From IMG/VR virus record IMGVR_UViG_3300030294_000003: 15,625 nucleotides of DNA, one strand, 5' to 3'. Position numbers and translations under genes: made by a program. The notes beneath the pieces are model-generated. The model did no database searches, had not been told where the DNA came from, and saw only the letters and a program-made list of their open reading frames with translations. Of the stretch, positions 13,579 through 15,625 are shown one piece after another (positions within the stretch are counted from its first letter, which is position 1; every line of letters starts with the position of its first letter). The DNA comes from a virus. Its lineage: Duplodnaviria; Heunggongvirae; Uroviricota; Caudoviricetes.

Positions 13579-13594
13579 ATACTCATTCGAGTAC
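13579..13594. repeat. Palindrome copy 3 (ATACTC-ATTC-GAGTAC, inverted spacer)
   Basis: The 14-bp core is the reverse complement of TACTCGAATGAGTA. Confidence 0.7.
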
Positions 13595-13618
13595 CTATAA
13601 ACCATTTAAACAAATAAT

Positions 13619-13786
13619 ATGAAAAACAATTTTGAAGTTACTTTTGAGGGTCGGGTATATTATTACAATCGTGTTTTAATTATATGGGATTGGGATTGGT
13701 TTTGGAAACCGTTATTATTAACGAACACTGAAACGAATGTTAAAACTTTGTTTATTCTATTTGTAAAATTCCAATGGAAGTATTAA
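13619..13786 (+). CDS. Trp-rich hydrophobic peptide, 55 aa (...RVLIIWDWDWFWKPLLL...)
   Basis: Translated by hand; AT-rich leader. Confidence 0.55.
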   Translation: MKNNFEVTFEGRVYYYNRVLIIWDWDWFWKPLLLTNTETNVKTLFILFVKFQWKY

Positions 13787-13796
13787 TAATCAATTT

Positions 13797-13841
13797 TGGG
13801 GTTAAAATTTTAACCCCATTGTCAAAAATATCTTTTTGACA
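13797..13841. terminator. Tandem hairpins: 22-bp perfect palindrome plus TGTCAAAAA-TATC-TTTTTGACA
   Basis: TGGGGTTAAAATTTTAACCCCA (13797-13818) and 13820-13841, immediately after the last gene of the block. Confidence 0.5.
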
Positions 13842-14128
13842 TAATTAACATACGTTTACTTTACAAGTGAAAAAATTCCTTATGCGGTATGCTAACAATA
13901 TGATAGTTTAAATATGTTTTTATTAACATTATGATAATTTAACTTTTTTATGCTACAAATGTAAAGTTAGTTAAATAAGGTTAAATATTTATTTAACCAA
14001 AATTTTGTTAAAAATTTAACATACATGACCGTCCTCCTCCCTCATTTCGCTACGCTCATTCTCTCACTCTTTCAGAGTTCGTATTATTATATACCATTTA
14101 TTCTCTAATTAACTATACTATATATAAA

Positions 14129-14172
14129 AAAGGTAACAAAAATAGTCTATTTACACACTTTTTGTTACCTTT
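14129..14172. repeat. 14-bp-arm inverted repeat AAAGGTAACAAAAA / TTTTTGTTACCTTT
   Basis: Perfect arms with a 16-nt loop; the right arm overlaps a TACCTTTG box (14166-14173). Confidence 0.65.
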
Positions 14173-14183
14173 GTAATATGCAG

Positions 14184-14199
14184 ATACTCAAATGAGTAC
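14184..14199. repeat. Palindrome copy 4 (ATACTC-AAAT-GAGTAC)
   Basis: 2 mismatches to copies 1 and 2. Confidence 0.7.
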
Positions 14200-14369
14200 G
14201 TTAAATATGAGTTGTTTTTACCTTATTTTACGTAATAAATGTATATATGTTAAAAAACATGTTAATATTTTTACTATAAACATTTCATTATAAGCACACA
14301 TACAGTACCAAATTCAAAGAGGTAAATTTTTGTAATGCGAGCGTGTCATATATAAAACAAATATTTTAT

Positions 14370-14414
14370 TTAACAAATTCCATTTCCTATAATGGTTTTA
14401 ATAGTTTATCTTTG
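14370..14414 (+). promoter_or_regulatory. Promoter module P14
   Basis: TTAACAAATTCCATTTC...TATCTTTG, 37-nt spacing. Confidence 0.8.
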
Positions 14415-14445
14415 TCATATCAAATATAATTAAAACAATAGTCTT

Positions 14446-14835
14446 ATGGAATACGTTGGTTTGTTACCTGATAATTTTATGATATATTTAGAGCAGTATA
14501 GAAAGACTGATTCTAATATTAATATAATTACTGACTTTAACAATGGTAATAACGCTCATTGTTTTAAACTTAGTACATCTATACCTTATGAGATTTATTC
14601 TTTGGGTAGTGGCAATTCTAAATATACAACTGTTATATATAGAGAAGTATTTAATAGTTTAATTCAGAAATTAAAATATAACCTTGTAAATAATGGACAG
14701 AAGTTGTATTCAGATAAGCTGACAATTATAAAAAGAATGTATTTTGAAATTGTTGATAAAAATGTTAATATGGTTTGTGAGTTTATTGAAGTTAAAGCTA
14801 TTATTATTGGAAATTGGGATTACAAAACTAATTAA
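14446..14835 (+). CDS. Hypothetical protein, 129 aa
   Basis: ORF track; promoter P14. Confidence 0.8.
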   Translation: MEYVGLLPDNFMIYLEQYRKTDSNINIITDFNNGNNAHCFKLSTSIPYEIYSLGSGNSKYTTVIYREVFNSLIQKLKYNLVNNGQKLYSDKLTIIKRMYFEIVDKNVNMVCEFIEVKAIIIGNWDYKTN

Positions 14836-14836
14836 T

Positions 14837-14881
14837 TTAACAAATTCCATTTCTATATATCAACGTTAAACAGTATCTTTG
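14837..14881 (+). promoter_or_regulatory. Promoter module P15
   Basis: TTAACAAATTCCATTTC...GTTAAACAGTATCTTTG, 37-nt spacing. Confidence 0.8.
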
Positions 14882-14929
14882 TATGGTAATTAATTAAAAA
14901 TAAATAATTAAACAAATAAAAGTAAATAA

Positions 14930-15229
14930 ATGAAAACATCTTATTTTAAAATGATTTGTCAAAAATCTGTAAACGGCAAAATGATTATAGTTGCAGCCGT
15001 CGATGATAATATGTTTGGTGAAAACTTACCATCTATTTTTGAAGTTCAGGCGTTTAAAATGCCATCAACTATTTATACAGGTACATATCCACAAATTAAA
15101 ATCAATAGTGAAACTATAAAAGATAGAACTGATGAATTAAAAGGTATGGGTATTAATGGAATAATAACAGAAGAAGAATGGTATTGTGTATCAAATGATA
15201 ATGATGATATTTTAGGTATAGGATTATAA
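14930..15229 (+). CDS. Hypothetical protein, 99 aa
   Basis: ORF track; promoter P15. Confidence 0.8.
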   Translation: MKTSYFKMICQKSVNGKMIIVAAVDDNMFGENLPSIFEVQAFKMPSTIYTGTYPQIKINSETIKDRTDELKGMGINGIITEEEWYCVSNDNDDILGIGL

Positions 15230-15259
15230 TAATATATAAATTTAATAAAGTTAGTTATT

Positions 15260-15625
15260 ATGATAATATGTAAAAGTTGTGGTTATGAATTTAAGCCGAA
15301 TGAGGGTTTATATAATACCCCATCGGGAATATTTTGTTGTTCATGTTATGATAAGCCATATGTTAAAAAGAAAGTATGGGATAACATACGTAATACTCCA
15401 CCGTTAGATATTTGTATGGGTAGACAAATAAATCCTGATAATAGACTGACTGCACCAAAATCTTATGTTTTTGTAAGAATTGTTGCAATAGATAATTCTG
15501 TTTATCCTAATTGGTTTTTATTAGCTAAAACAAAGAATGAGGTATATCATCATTTTGAAAAATATTGTGGTAAAGAGATTGAAAATGGTGTACGTGATTT
15601 TATTCGAAATAACGATGATGATAAT
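15260..15625 (+). CDS. Partial protein with N-terminal Zn ribbon (MIICKSCGYEF...FCCSCYD), open at window end
   Basis: Translated by hand, 122 codons without a stop; two CxxC motifs. Confidence 0.8.
   Translation, partial: MIICKSCGYEFKPNEGLYNTPSGIFCCSCYDKPYVKKKVWDNIRNTPPLDICMGRQINPDNRLTAPKSYVFVRIVAIDNSVYPNWFLLAKTKNEVYHHFEKYCGKEIENGVRDFIRNNDDDN

Noticed and set aside
13956-14011. Minus-strand TACATTTG with upstream TTAACAAAA as a 30th module
   Set aside because: Spacing is 48 nt rather than 37, and no ORF or RNA element follows.
43-14881. Dispersed repeats as a CRISPR array
   Set aside because: Spacing is irregular (tens of bp to over 1 kb), whole genes lie between copies, both orientations occur, and there are no cas genes.

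Overview
This very AT-rich window has no structural, replication, integrase or other hallmark genes. It holds about 45 short ORFs (24-202 aa), mostly on the minus strand left of ~7.6 kb and on the plus strand to the right. It is most likely the early/accessory region of a large phage infecting Bacteroidota. That call is an inference from the TTTG-N19/20-TAnnTTTG promoter type, the AT-rich leaders without Shine-Dalgarno sites and the small orphan ORFs. Two features read directly from the sequence stand out. (1) There are 29 copies of a ~45-bp promoter module, TTAACAAATTCYATTTN...TAnnTTTG/A. The distance from TTAAC to the -7 box is exactly 37 nt in all 29 copies. The modules cut the region into 1-5-gene cassettes, and nine upstream genes use the TAA inside TTAAC as their stop codon. 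(2) Five of these promoters drive no ORF. Instead they drive a conserved element, GAGAG-(N0-2)-GTTGR-[hairpin with compensatory changes]-RAG..CTCC. This looks like a multi-copy standalone small RNA placed head-on against the gene blocks, and two copies face each other. No function is established for any ORF, and no gene symbols are assigned.
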